Positions 8,871 through 20,259 of a DNA stretch of 64,000 nt are shown here, piece by piece. How positions within the stretch are numbered: the stretch's first letter is position 1; each line of letters opens with the position of its first letter. This DNA is from Opitutia bacterium (GTDB taxonomy: Bacteria > Verrucomicrobiota > Verrucomicrobiia > Opitutales > Opitutaceae). The stretch lies in the NCBI GenBank assembly GCA_947478395.1, contig CANJVR010000005.1, positions 123,603 through 187,602 of the forward strand, given 5' to 3'. The position numbers and the translations under genes are program-made. Under the pieces are notes generated by a model. It was not told where the DNA came from, made no database searches, and worked only from the letters and a program-made list of their open reading frames with translations.

Positions 8871-9914
8871 TCATTCAACCCGAATGATCTTGGCCTTCTT
8901 GATCTTTGTGCTGCCGACACCGAGCGTTTCGGCAAACTCCAGCGTGCGAATCTCCTCGGAGATCGGCTCAAATCCACCCTGCTTGCGCGCCCGATCAATG
9001 CGGTCGCGCATAAGGGCGTCGAGCATGACTGGATCCGTGCTCAGCCAGACGAGCGGTTCGGAATTGCTATAGAGCGAATTGAAAAATGGACCGCCGATAA
9101 ATTGGTAATGCTCCAAGCTGGTGAGGGTGAAAACCCATGTTTGGCGCAGCTCGGGAATGGCGCTCATCTCAGCCACCGCCGCGGGCGCGTTCGCCGGCGA
9201 GCGGAAGAAACGCGCGGTGTTCGAGGCGTTCCAGAGCGTCGCATTCACGAGTGAACCGTTAACCCCCAAGATCGGATGATCCGTGTAAACCGGCAGGTTG
9301 ATCCAGAAATCGGCGTCAAAGAAAAGCGGCGTGGCCAGGAAGCTCTTGCGATCCTCATCCTTGGTTGAGCTGTTCGGAAAATCCTTCGTTTGGGATTCCG
9401 CGACGATGGGGTCGAAGCGCTGAGGGAGAGGACTGTCGTAAAACCAGGCCGGGTCGTAGAACCGACCCGATTCGAGCACATACACCTGATGGCCCTTGAA
9501 CGGCGTTTCGCCGGTGACGAGCGATGGCAGATAGCCCGTCATGCGCAGGCGGAGCTGGTTGAGTCCCACGAGGAAAATATTCTCCGGAGCAAACCCCCGC
9601 TTTTCGAGCACGCTGATCACGGCCCTCACCAGCGGAATCGGCGTGGCCATGCCCGGACCGGAATCGGTGTAAATCTTCAGGCCGACCTTTTTCTTTTCGC
9701 CCGGGACGAGTTTCCGGCCCGTCGACGCCTCGAATTGCGCCAGCAGCGTGTCCACGCTGTGTTGGTAAGCGGTGGCAGAAAAGTCGGGGAGTTTCGATTC
9801 CCACACGATCTCGCTGGGTGGCTTGACCACGGGGCCGTCGGCGGGCGCACCGATGGCGGCGGAGCACAACAGCAAGGTCGAAACCAGCAGCGTGGGAACG
9901 GAAAAACAGCGCAT
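8871..9914 (-). CDS. Exported hypothetical protein, DUF362-like fold possible
   Basis: Signal peptide from ATG 9914; KVGLKI, ADFWINLPVYTDHPILGVNGSL and STDPVMLDA resemble DUF362 motifs. Confidence 0.6.
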   Translation of the reverse strand: MRCFSVPTLLVSTLLLCSAAIGAPADGPVVKPPSEIVWESKLPDFSATAYQHSVDTLLAQFEASTGRKLVPGEKKKVGLKIYTDSGPGMATPIPLVRAVISVLEKRGFAPENIFLVGLNQLRLRMTGYLPSLVTGETPFKGHQVYVLESGRFYDPAWFYDSPLPQRFDPIVAESQTKDFPNSSTKDEDRKSFLATPLFFDADFWINLPVYTDHPILGVNGSLVNATLWNASNTARFFRSPANAPAAVAEMSAIPELRQTWVFTLTSLEHYQFIGGPFFNSLYSNSEPLVWLSTDPVMLDALMRDRIDRARKQGGFEPISEEIRTLEFAETLGVGSTKIKKAKIIRVE

Positions 9915-10082
9915 AGAGAGGTATTGGTCGCCCACAAAGGGCCAAAGTTTCCTGAATCAGCCGTGAAACTTGACAGCCACTCCGCCGGGTTGAAAGTCCA
10001 TTCTTTTTTGTCCGTCACGGATTTCACCGTCCAGCCCGCCTATTAGTAGAGGGGTGTAAGACTCGCCCTCGTTCCACGTTCC

Positions 10083-11957
10083 ATGCCCGCCATCAAGCCC
10101 ACCTGCATCCGCGACCTGAAATTACGGGTGAATCTTGCGGACGTGATTTCCCGGGTCGTTACCCTGCGGAAAGCCGGCGGCAGCCGATTGAAAGGGTTGT
10201 GCCCGTTTCACAACGAGAAGACCCCTTCGTTCAACGTTGATACCGACAAGGGCTTCTACAAGTGCTTCGGCTGCGGCAAGGCCGGAGACGCGATCACGTT
10301 TGTTCGCGAGACGGAACAGCTCAACTTTACCGAGGCCATCGAAGCCCTCGGCAAACGTTTCAACATCGTCATCGAATACGAGGAAGGTTCCGGCGGCCCC
10401 AGTCGAGAGGAGCGCTCACTGCGGCAGGAACTGTACGATCTGCACGACGCGGCCGCCGAGCATCTCCACCAGGCGTTCAAGGCCTCGGACGCGACCGGCG
10501 ATTTCATGCGCAAGCTTTGGGTCGAACAGCGGCGCTTTCCCGCCGAGCTCGCGGACGAGTTCAAGATTGGCGCGGCCGACGCCGGCGGCAGCGGACTAGG
10601 CGCGGCACTATTGAAGAAAAAATTTTCCGAGGCCGCGCTGCGGCAGTGCGGTTTGTTTTTCGTCTACGACAACGCTGAGCTCACCTTGCACTCGCTCCGG
10701 CCGCGGTTTCGCGGGCGGTTGATGATTCCCATCCGCGATCATCAAAACCGCGTGGTGGCGTTCACCGCGCGCCAAACCGGGCTCACGCCGGAGGATGACC
10801 CGGCGCGCGAAGCGAAATACGTCAACTCGCCCGAGACGCCGATTTTTACCAAGGGCAACTTGCTCTTCAACCTCGACCGCGCGCGCAGCCACGTTGGCGA
10901 GGGCAAGCCATTTGTGCTCGTCGAAGGCCAGCTCGATGCGATGCGTTGTTGGAGCGTCGGCTTGAAAACCGCGATCGCCCCCCAAGGCACGTCGATCACC
11001 GAAGGCCAGCTCGTGCTGCTGCGCCGTTACCACACCCAAGTCGAGTGCTTCTTCGACAGCGACAGCGCCGGGCAAAAAGCCTCGCTGCGTTTTCTCCCGA
11101 TGGCGCTGAAAGCCGGATTGGAAGTGCGATTCCTGACGCTCGCCGGCGCCGCCAAGGTGGACCCGGATTTGCTTTTTCTGGAACGCGGTTTGACCGCCTA
11201 CGAAGAAGTTAAACGCAGTGGCCTGAGCGCGATGGAATTTCTCTGCCTTGCCGTCCTGCCCGAGCCCGGCAAGGCCTCCGCGGAACAGCGCGCCCGCGCG
11301 GCGGAATCAGTCGCGGAAACATTAGCGGCCAGCGAAAGCACCGCCACCCGCGCGAATCTCGCGAAGGAAGCGTCACGCTTCCTCTGGCTGGAACCAAAAA
11401 TCGTGGAAGGGGAACTCGAGAAATTCCTCGCCCGCCAGGCCCGTCAAGCGGCCGGCCGGCCGCCAACGCAAAATTCGGAACCCCAGAACGAAAACGGTGG
11501 GCCGATGCAGCGGGATCACACTTCCGAGCGCGATCTGCTTTTGATTTGTCTGCATTTCGAGCCTCTCGGCAAACCCATCGGCGCTGCCCTGCCCCACGAT
11601 TGGATCGACACCGGCCACCTCGCCGGTGCGCTGCTCAACAAGTTCCTCGCCGAATTCGAGCACGACAGCTGGCCGGGTCGCGACCATCTCGACGGTCTGG
11701 TCGAAACCGCCGAGGAGAAAGCACTCGTGGCGGGCCTCCTGTTCGAAACCCCGAAAATGGACGATCCGGTGAAGGTGGCAGTCGAGGGTTTACGCCAGCT
11801 CCGCACCCGCGCGCTCGAGCCGCGCCTGCGCCAAATAGAACTTGCCTTGGCCAACCCCCGTGCGGACAGTGAATCTGACCCAATTTCCCTCTTGAAAGAA
11901 CGTTCTGAACTGCAACGCCAGTTGCGCCAATCCATCACGCTCAACCTCGCCGGTTGA
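10083..11957 (+). CDS. dnaG: DNA primase
   Basis: [11 protein letters not shown] and CFGCG zinc finger; [28 protein letters not shown] and FDSDSAG TOPRIM motifs. Confidence 0.97.
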   Translation: MPAIKPTCIRDLKLRVNLADVISRVVTLRKAGGSRLKGLCPFHNEKTPSFNVDTDKGFYKCFGCGKAGDAITFVRETEQLNFTEAIEALGKRFNIVIEYEEGSGGPSREERSLRQELYDLHDAAAEHLHQAFKASDATGDFMRKLWVEQRRFPAELADEFKIGAADAGGSGLGAALLKKKFSEAALRQCGLFFVYDNAELTLHSLRPRFRGRLMIPIRDHQNRVVAFTARQTGLTPEDDPAREAKYVNSPETPIFTKGNLLFNLDRARSHVGEGKPFVLVEGQLDAMRCWSVGLKTAIAPQGTSITEGQLVLLRRYHTQVECFFDSDSAGQKASLRFLPMALKAGLEVRFLTLAGAAKVDPDLLFLERGLTAYEEVKRSGLSAMEFLCLAVLPEPGKASAEQRARAAESVAETLAASESTATRANLAKEASRFLWLEPKIVEGELEKFLARQARQAAGRPPTQNSEPQNENGGPMQRDHTSERDLLLICLHFEPLGKPIGAALPHDWIDTGHLAGALLNKFLAEFEHDSWPGRDHLDGLVETAEEKALVAGLLFETPKMDDPVKVAVEGLRQLRTRALEPRLRQIELALANPRADSESDPISLLKERSELQRQLRQSITLNLAG

Positions 11958-12000
11958 GCGTGTTTTGCCGTTTTTTCCGCTCCCTGTTTTCCATCCTCCC

Positions 12001-13869
<1,869 letters not shown>

Positions 13870-13876
13870 TCCGCCC

Positions 13877-13900
13877 GGAAGCGCAGACGTCCTTGTCTGC
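13877..13900 (+). repeat. Single REP-like palindrome, variant of family C
   Basis: GGAAGCGCAGACGTCCTTGTCTGC versus GGGAGCGCGGACGCCCTCGTCCGC at 45387; the stem change GCAGAC/GTCTGC is compensatory. Confidence 0.5.
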
Positions 13901-13922
13901 TCCGCTTCACGCGGTCGACGAA

Positions 13923-14327
13923 ATGAAAAACACCGCCTGCGCGCTCCCGCTGCTGGCGGTGTTTTTTTTATGTCCGGCCTGTCGCACGCCGCGCCCCTCA
14001 GCCAACGGTTCGCCCCCACTCGTCGGCGCCGCCCCAACTGCGGGTAGCATTCCATCGAAACCCTCCAACTCATTGCTCATCCCGAGTCCGCGCCGTCTTG
14101 TCGGGCGGATCATAGCGGTGGATTCCAACCACCACTTTGCCATCGTCGAATTGGCCACCAGCATTCCGAGCCTTGAATCTGACATCGAGCTGGTGGTACG
14201 CGCCGATGACTTGCGCGAAACCGGCCGGTTGCGTTCGACCCGCCAACTACGCGGCCGCACGCTCGGCACTCAGGTCCTTTCCGGGGAACCTGCGCTGGGC
14301 GATGAAGTCGTTACCGCCGGTCCGTAA
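13923..14327 (+). CDS. Hypothetical lipoprotein
   Basis: MKNTACALPLLAVFFLCPAC lipobox-like N-terminus, then a beta-rich domain ending GEPALGDEVV. Confidence 0.6.
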   Translation: MKNTACALPLLAVFFLCPACRTPRPSANGSPPLVGAAPTAGSIPSKPSNSLLIPSPRRLVGRIIAVDSNHHFAIVELATSIPSLESDIELVVRADDLRETGRLRSTRQLRGRTLGTQVLSGEPALGDEVVTAGP

Positions 14328-14401
14328 ACGAGTGCGGTCCACCGCCGCAAAATCGCTTTCCCGCTTTACAGCTTCCAGCCTCGCCCTAGGTTTTCCCCAC
14401 T

Positions 14402-14632
14402 ATGACCGCTCTCCCCGCTATCTTCGCAGGCATCCTCGGCCTCGGTGCTCCCGAGCTTGTCGTGATCCTCATTATTATGCTCGTCCTTTTCGGGGGCGCC
14501 AAGCTCCCCTCTCTCGCCAAGGGCATCGGTCAATCCATCAAGGAATTCAAGAAAGCCGCCAAAGAAGGCGATGACGAAGCCAAGCCCGCGGAAAAGAAAG
14601 AGGAAGTTGCCAAGACGCTCGGCTCGAACTGA
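14402..14632 (+). CDS. tatA: Twin-arginine translocase TatA/E subunit
   Basis: GAPELVVILIIMLVLFGGAKLPSLAKGIGQSIKEFKKA. Confidence 0.95.
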   Translation: MTALPAIFAGILGLGAPELVVILIIMLVLFGGAKLPSLAKGIGQSIKEFKKAAKEGDDEAKPAEKKEEVAKTLGSN

Positions 14633-14658
14633 GTCGACCGACAACCTCCCGTCGCTCC

Positions 14659-14684
14659 AAGCGCGCCATCCGGCGCGCTTTTTT
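14659..14684 (+). terminator. Intrinsic terminator after tatA
   Basis: AAGCGCGCC-ATCC-GGCGCGCTT followed by TTTT. Confidence 0.75.
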
Positions 14685-16998
14685 ATTTTCCACCGCCGTC
14701 GACCGCCAATTCCTGGAGCCAGACGTCGAACTCCCGGATGTTCGCCGGCGCCCCTAGCGCAAGGAGCTCGTCCCCGGCCCGAAGAATTTCCGTGGCCCCC
14801 GGATTAAGAATGCGCAGCCCACCGCGCCGTAGCCCGGCGATCTGCGCGCCGTGACGTTGCGCGAGCCCGAGTTCATGCAGCGTACAGCCCACCGCACGGC
14901 TTTTCGCGGGAACCTGAATCACCTCCATGCGTACGTCTTCAAACAGCGAGTCCGCCACCGCGTCCCCTGAAACTGCCGACAGGATCGCTTTGCCGGACTC
15001 CACCTGCTCCGGCGTGCCGAGAAGCAGCACCTTGTCCCGCGGATAAAACACGGCTTCCGGCGGCGGCAACGGAATCATGAAACCCTGACGCTCGATCCCG
15101 ACCACGGCGCAACCGGCCCGATGGCGCAGCTCGAGCGTCGCGATGCTCTTGCCTTGGGAATCGGCGAGGTCAGGCAGCGTGCAATCCACCATCTTCAGAT
15201 TCCATTCCCCATGCGGCTGCAGCCACGGCGCCGCAGTCGACGTCATCCGATTGTCGCCCGTTTCGATCACGCTCTGCAACTCGGCCTCCAGCTGGCTGTG
15301 CCAGTAAATGAGTTTTTGCCGCAGCAGGACGAGCGCGATGGCCGCCACGCCCGCACTCGAAAGCAACAGCCAGCGCGCGGTGCCATCGGCGGGCAGGATC
15401 GCCATAATCCAGAAGAAAAGCCCCGCGATCGCGGCGCCCTTCAGGGCATTTTCCACCACGGGGGCGAGCCGCGTGGCTTTCGGGTGACCGCGCGTCGAAA
15501 CCTGCGCGTAGATCAAGGCTAGAGCCGAACAGTTTCGCCAGATCGCCACCATCGGCGCTAGGGCCAGCAGGCTCAGCGCGGTCCAGAAGACGATTTCCCG
15601 GCCGTGCACAAAACCCCAATCGCGCCCGAGCCAGTGCTCGACCGCGGCAAAGAGTTGCCCGGAAAAAACGAGCAGCCCGCTCACGAACAGCATCTCCACG
15701 CCAATTTGCACAAACCGCTTTTTGCTCATCTGCCAAAGAATGCTGCGCTTTCGTTCTCGGCGGAGCCGTTCCAGCCACTCGTGATAATACCGCTGCCAGG
15801 GCTCGGTCCAGCGGGGCTGACGGGCCAGCACCCGCACCGCAATCCATTCGGAATGGCGCGTCAAAATAGGCGCGACCAGCGTCGTGAGCAAGGACACCCC
15901 GACGGCGAGCGGATAAAACCGGGGCTCAACCAGCGCCGCGCCCACGCCGAGTTGAACAATGATAAACGAAAATTCGCCGATCGGCGTCGCCGCAAGCCCG
16001 GCGCGCAGCGCATCTTTCGGCAGGGTCCCGGTCAAGATCAGCCCGGTCGCCACCGCCAGCGGTCGCGCCAGCAGCACAAACGCCGCGATCCCCGTGATCA
16101 AACCGGCCTGCACCCACAATTGTCCCGGATCAATCTGCATCCCGATCGCGACAAAAAATACCGCGGTGAAAACATCCCGCATGCCGGCAAAAGTCCGCTC
16201 CACTTGATGCCGGTGCGGCGTCTCGGCCACGATCACCCCCAGCAAAAACGCGCCCAACGCCAGTGAGTAACCCGCGCGTTGCGCGATCACCGCCAGCCCG
16301 AAAAGCAATCCCGCCAGCCCGAGGGTCTGCAACTCCTCATCCGCAGCGATACTCATGCGCTTCAGCAACCATGGTATCAGTAGCAATCCGCCCACGCCCG
16401 CTAGGACCACAAAGGCACCGAGTCGCAGCAGCGTGGGTCCCACGGCCGCCGCCTGCACGCCGATCGCTCCGCCCATTTGCACGAGGGAACTCAACAGGGT
16501 CAGCATCACCACCGCGACGATGTCCTCCAACACCGCCACGCCCATCGCCAACTGGCCCGACCGCCCGTGGCTGGCTCCGGTTTCGTGCAAGATTTTCCCG
16601 ATGATCGCCGAGGACGAGACCATCAGCATACCCGCCAGAAAGAGTCCCTGCGTCGTGCTCCAGCCCATGGCCGCGCCCAGCAAGCGCGCCAGATAATACA
16701 TCGCCAGCGCCCCCAATGCGGTTGCCAACAGCAGCCCCAATCCCATTCGGCGCAGACGGCGCACACTGAGGCCTAGGCCGATCGAAAACATCAAGAAAAC
16801 CAGCCCGACTTGCGCCAGCGCATCGATGCGCTCCAAGTCGGTCACGAGTGAAAACGGTGGGGTGTGCGGCCCGATCAACATGCCCGCGACCAGGAATCCA
16901 ACGATCACCGAGAGCTTCAGGCGCTGACACACCCAGCCGACCACGCCGGCAGATACAAGGATCACCGCCAAATCCTGGATGAACAAAAAACCATGCAT
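14683..16998 (-). CDS. CPA2 cation:proton antiporter with two C-terminal RCK_C (TrkA-C) domains
   Basis: Na/H exchanger TM region (LVFLMFSIGL, SSSAII, VLEDIVAV, FFVAIG, PIGEFSF); two GK(C)S(T)I(L)..L.L...G..V(I)..I(L).R.G....P.....L...D repeats. Confidence 0.88.
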   Translation of the reverse strand: MHGFLFIQDLAVILVSAGVVGWVCQRLKLSVIVGFLVAGMLIGPHTPPFSLVTDLERIDALAQVGLVFLMFSIGLGLSVRRLRRMGLGLLLATALGALAMYYLARLLGAAMGWSTTQGLFLAGMLMVSSSAIIGKILHETGASHGRSGQLAMGVAVLEDIVAVVMLTLLSSLVQMGGAIGVQAAAVGPTLLRLGAFVVLAGVGGLLLIPWLLKRMSIAADEELQTLGLAGLLFGLAVIAQRAGYSLALGAFLLGVIVAETPHRHQVERTFAGMRDVFTAVFFVAIGMQIDPGQLWVQAGLITGIAAFVLLARPLAVATGLILTGTLPKDALRAGLAATPIGEFSFIIVQLGVGAALVEPRFYPLAVGVSLLTTLVAPILTRHSEWIAVRVLARQPRWTEPWQRYYHEWLERLRRERKRSILWQMSKKRFVQIGVEMLFVSGLLVFSGQLFAAVEHWLGRDWGFVHGREIVFWTALSLLALAPMVAIWRNCSALALIYAQVSTRGHPKATRLAPVVENALKGAAIAGLFFWIMAILPADGTARWLLLSSAGVAAIALVLLRQKLIYWHSQLEAELQSVIETGDNRMTSTAAPWLQPHGEWNLKMVDCTLPDLADSQGKSIATLELRHRAGCAVVGIERQGFMIPLPPPEAVFYPRDKVLLLGTPEQVESGKAILSAVSGDAVADSLFEDVRMEVIQVPAKSRAVGCTLHELGLAQRHGAQIAGLRRGGLRILNPGATEILRAGDELLALGAPANIREFDVWLQELAVDGGGK

Positions 16999-17159
16999 AA
17001 CGCCTAGAAGAAAAACGCGGTGAACGCGAAAAGCGTCAAGCGTCGCGCACAGGGACCCCGCTTTCTCTTGTTGTTTCCCTCGTTGACACCCGGAATCGCC
17101 GCCGATTCGTTTCCGTCGGCGGAGACGCCGCCACCCGCTTCGCTTTCGAGTATACCATC

Positions 17160-18173
17160 ATGGCCAACCTTCTCGGTTATTTCTCCAACGACATCGGCAT
17201 CGATCTCGGCACCGCCAACACGCTCGTTTACGTCAAGGACAAGGGCATCGTCCTGCGCGAGCCTTCCGTCGTCGCCCTCGACACCGTCACCCGCAAGGTC
17301 CGTGCCGTTGGCGACGAGGCGAAACGCATGTTGGGCCGCACCCCGGGCAACATCACCGCAATCCGCCCGATGAAAGACGGCGTCATCGCCGACTTCGACG
17401 TCACCGAGGCGATGCTCCGCTATTTCATCCGCAAGGTTTCCAGCGGCTCCTTCCGCGCGCCGCCCCGCGTGGTCATCGCCATTCCCTCGGGCATTACCGA
17501 GGTGGAGAAGCGCGCCGTGAAAGACTCCGCACTCCACGCCGGCGCGCGCGACGTCATCACGATTCCCGAACCCATGGCCGCCGCGATCGGAGTCGGGCTC
17601 CCGATCGACGAGCCCGCCGCCAACATGATTGTCGACATCGGCGGCGGCACCACCGAGATCGCGATCATTTCGCTCAACGGCATCGTGTTTTCGAAATCCA
17701 TCCGCGTCGCCGGCGACGAGCTCGACGCCGCAATGGTAAACTACATGAAGCGCGCCTACAATTTGCTCATCGGCGAGCGCACGGCGGAAGAAATCAAGAT
17801 GCGCGTCGGCTCCGCTTACCCCCTCGACGAGGAGCTCACGATGGAGGTCAAGGGCCGCGATTCCGTGGCTGGCCTGCCGAAGACGATTCATATCACTTCG
17901 CAAGAAATTCGCGAGGCCCTCGCCGACACGATTTCGGCGATCGTCGATGCTGTGCGCGTAACGCTGGAGCGCTGCCCGCCGGAGCTTTCCGCTGACTTGG
18001 TTGACCGTGGTTTCGTGATGGCCGGCGGCGGCGCTCTGATTCGCGGCATCGATAAATTACTCAGCGAAAAGACGGGGTTGCCGGTCACAATTTCGGATGA
18101 CCCGTTGTCAGCCGTCGCGAACGGCACTGGCGCGGTGTTGAACGATCTTTCGTGGCTGATGCAGAACGTGTGA
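17160..18173 (+). CDS. mreB: Rod shape-determining protein MreB
   Basis: DIGIDLGTANTLVY, RPMKDGVIADF, EPMAAAIG, VDIGGGTTE. Confidence 0.98.
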   Translation: MANLLGYFSNDIGIDLGTANTLVYVKDKGIVLREPSVVALDTVTRKVRAVGDEAKRMLGRTPGNITAIRPMKDGVIADFDVTEAMLRYFIRKVSSGSFRAPPRVVIAIPSGITEVEKRAVKDSALHAGARDVITIPEPMAAAIGVGLPIDEPAANMIVDIGGGTTEIAIISLNGIVFSKSIRVAGDELDAAMVNYMKRAYNLLIGERTAEEIKMRVGSAYPLDEELTMEVKGRDSVAGLPKTIHITSQEIREALADTISAIVDAVRVTLERCPPELSADLVDRGFVMAGGGALIRGIDKLLSEKTGLPVTISDDPLSAVANGTGAVLNDLSWLMQNV

Positions 18174-18191
18174 GGCAAGGAAGCGCTGGCT

Positions 18192-18716
18192 GTGAATCGC
18201 TCCGAGGTAGGGCGCGTTATCCCTAACGCGCCGGTTGGACAAAAGCTCTCGCCTAGTCCCCCGCCGCAGCGCGAGCGCCTCCACCACACCGTCCCCAGCT
18301 GGGTCCCAGCCGGCGAAACCTACTTCATAACGATGTGCTGCGCCGAGCGGACGATCAACCAGCTCGCTACGCCGGCCGTTTTCAACGTGATGACGTGCGC
18401 GCTGGAACACTAAATTGCTCATGAAAAACTTTGGGCCACGCTGTTCCTCGCGATGCCAGATCATGTTCACAGCCTGATCTCATTTTCGCGGCAGGAACGC
18501 ATGGAAAAAGTCGTTCGCGATTGGAAGAGATTCGTAGCGAAGCAAACCGGCGTTCGCTGGCAGGACGGATTTTTCGACCATCGCCTGCGCAGCAACGAAA
18601 GCCTAGAAGAGAAATCGAACTACATTCGCCAGAATCCGATGCGAGCCGGCTTGGTTTCGGCGACTGAACCCTGGAAATATGTTTGGCCGTCGAGCGATGT
18701 CGCTCCGGCGCGTTAA
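18192..18716 (+). pseudogene. REP-associated tyrosine transposase (RAYT / Y1, IS200-like) with an in-frame TAA at 18411-18413
   Basis: ORFs 18192-18413 and 18453-18716 are in the same frame: TYFITMC...LEH*IAHEKLWATLFLAMPDHVH (HUH)...WQDGFFDHRLR...YIRQNPMRAGL (catalytic Tyr). Start uncertain. Confidence 0.88.
18205..18234 (+). repeat. GTAG-type REP, left of the RAYT
   Basis: AGGTAG-GGCGCGTTA-TCCC-TAACGCGCC-GG: GTAG foot plus a 9-bp stem. Confidence 0.9.
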
Positions 18717-18734
18717 GGATAACGCGCCCTACCT
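18705..18734 (-). repeat. GTAG-type REP, right of the RAYT (inverted)
   Basis: Reverse complement AGGTAGGGCGCGTTATCCTTAACGCGCCGG, 29/30 identical to the left copy. Confidence 0.9.
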
Positions 18735-18800
18735 TACTTTTTCCGTGTCATCCGCGTCTTCCGCAGGCAAACAATCCCGTTCCATCCGCCGCGACCCATC

Positions 18801-19631
18801 GTGCCTTCCAAACGTTTCGACCAAGCCCACCCGTTTGTCGCCCTCGGGCTGATCGTCGCCGGGTGGCTGATCGTGCCCACGGTCATTAAGATTTTTTCCC
18901 GCGCCACGTTCTTCGAACTCACCGCACCCGTCAGCGTCGCCGCCTCCTACGCCGCGGATCTCCGCGAATACTGGGCGCTTCGCCTGCACTCGAACAGCGA
19001 ACTCATCCAGGCGGGACGCGACCTCGCGAGACTCAACGCTTCCTACCACATCGCCGTGCAGCAAAACAACGATCTGCACGCGGAAGTCACCCGGCTCGAA
19101 AACGTGCTGCGCCTCCCGACCCTGCCCGGCTATCGCTACGAACCGGCACGCGTGGCCCGGCGCGATTTTTCCGGATGGTGGGAGCAACTGATTATTCGCA
19201 AAGGGCAAAATTTCGGCATCGCGGTCGGCGCGCCAGTGGTTTTCAGCGGTGGCGTCGTGGGCCGGATCAGCGAAGTCCACGCCTACACCGCCGTGGTCGA
19301 ACTCATCAGCAGCCCAGGCGTCCGGCTCGCCGCCAGCATCGAGGGCGACGTGCGGCCCATCAGCTTCCAAGGCGTGCCCGACCAAACTTTTGGACCCGCG
19401 GGCGGCGTGATCGAGTTCGTCCCCCTCGATGTCGACGCGAGCAAGCTCCACCCCAAACGCCTCGTCACGTCGCCGTTTGGCGGCGTTTTTCCTCCCGGAC
19501 TTTTTATTGGCTCGGTCGTCAAGGTGGAGACCAGCACCGACGGACTTTTCAAAACGGGCGAAGTCCAGCTGGATGAACGTCTCAGCTCGCTCACGGAAGT
19601 CGCCGTGCTCATTCCTCAAAATCCCGAATGA
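18801..19631 (+). CDS. mreC: Rod shape-determining protein MreC
   Basis: N-terminal TM, coiled coil, ARVARR...IIRKG...GVVGRI, LVTSPFGGVFPPGLFIG; position in the mre cluster. Confidence 0.92.
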   Translation: MPSKRFDQAHPFVALGLIVAGWLIVPTVIKIFSRATFFELTAPVSVAASYAADLREYWALRLHSNSELIQAGRDLARLNASYHIAVQQNNDLHAEVTRLENVLRLPTLPGYRYEPARVARRDFSGWWEQLIIRKGQNFGIAVGAPVVFSGGVVGRISEVHAYTAVVELISSPGVRLAASIEGDVRPISFQGVPDQTFGPAGGVIEFVPLDVDASKLHPKRLVTSPFGGVFPPGLFIGSVVKVETSTDGLFKTGEVQLDERLSSLTEVAVLIPQNPE

Positions 19632-19659
19632 GCCGCCGCGCCGCCCGTCGTTCGCCGCC

Positions 19660-20169
19660 ATGATCCGCACGCTCGCTGCCTTGTTCGTCACCCTTGTTCT
19701 CTGGGCCCTCGTGGCGCAACTGAACCACGAGCTCGCCGCGGTTCATGTTTATTTATTCGTCGGCGGACTGGTCGTCACGGCATCCGCCCTCGTATTGCCC
19801 CTGCGCTCCGGCCTGGCCGGTTCATTCTGCGGGGGCTTGGTATTCGACTCCGTCACGCCCGTGGCGTTCGGGACGCATGCACTCCTGTTTGCGACCGCTC
19901 ACGCGTTTGTTTTTCATCTGCGGGATCGTCTGCCCCGTGATGATACCACGGGGCGGGTCGTAATCGCCCTGTGCTGCAATCTCGCGGTTTTCCTCGGATT
20001 TTCTTTTTTGCAAATCTCGCGTTCGGCCGCGCCCGCTACGGCCTGGCCCCGACTGATCGCCGACTTGATCGCCTCGCAGCTTTTTCTGGCTTTGGTCGCG
20101 CCTTGGTTCTTCGCGCTTCAGCGCCAAGTGCTCATCTTCACCCAGACCGCGCCCGAGAGAATCCGCTGA
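19660..20169 (+). CDS. mreD: Rod shape-determining protein MreD
   Basis: About 169 aa, about 5 TM helices, GLVFDS.....FGTHAL motif, located between mreC and the PBP2 gene. Confidence 0.8.
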   Translation: MIRTLAALFVTLVLWALVAQLNHELAAVHVYLFVGGLVVTASALVLPLRSGLAGSFCGGLVFDSVTPVAFGTHALLFATAHAFVFHLRDRLPRDDTTGRVVIALCCNLAVFLGFSFLQISRSAAPATAWPRLIADLIASQLFLALVAPWFFALQRQVLIFTQTAPERIR

Positions 20170-20259
20170 TGGTCGCGCGCAATTCTGCTGGAAAAAGCGA
20201 GGTCGCACTGGCGTCCGGCGGTTTCCGCCCCTAAGTCTCAATTCGTTTCGTTCGCAGCC

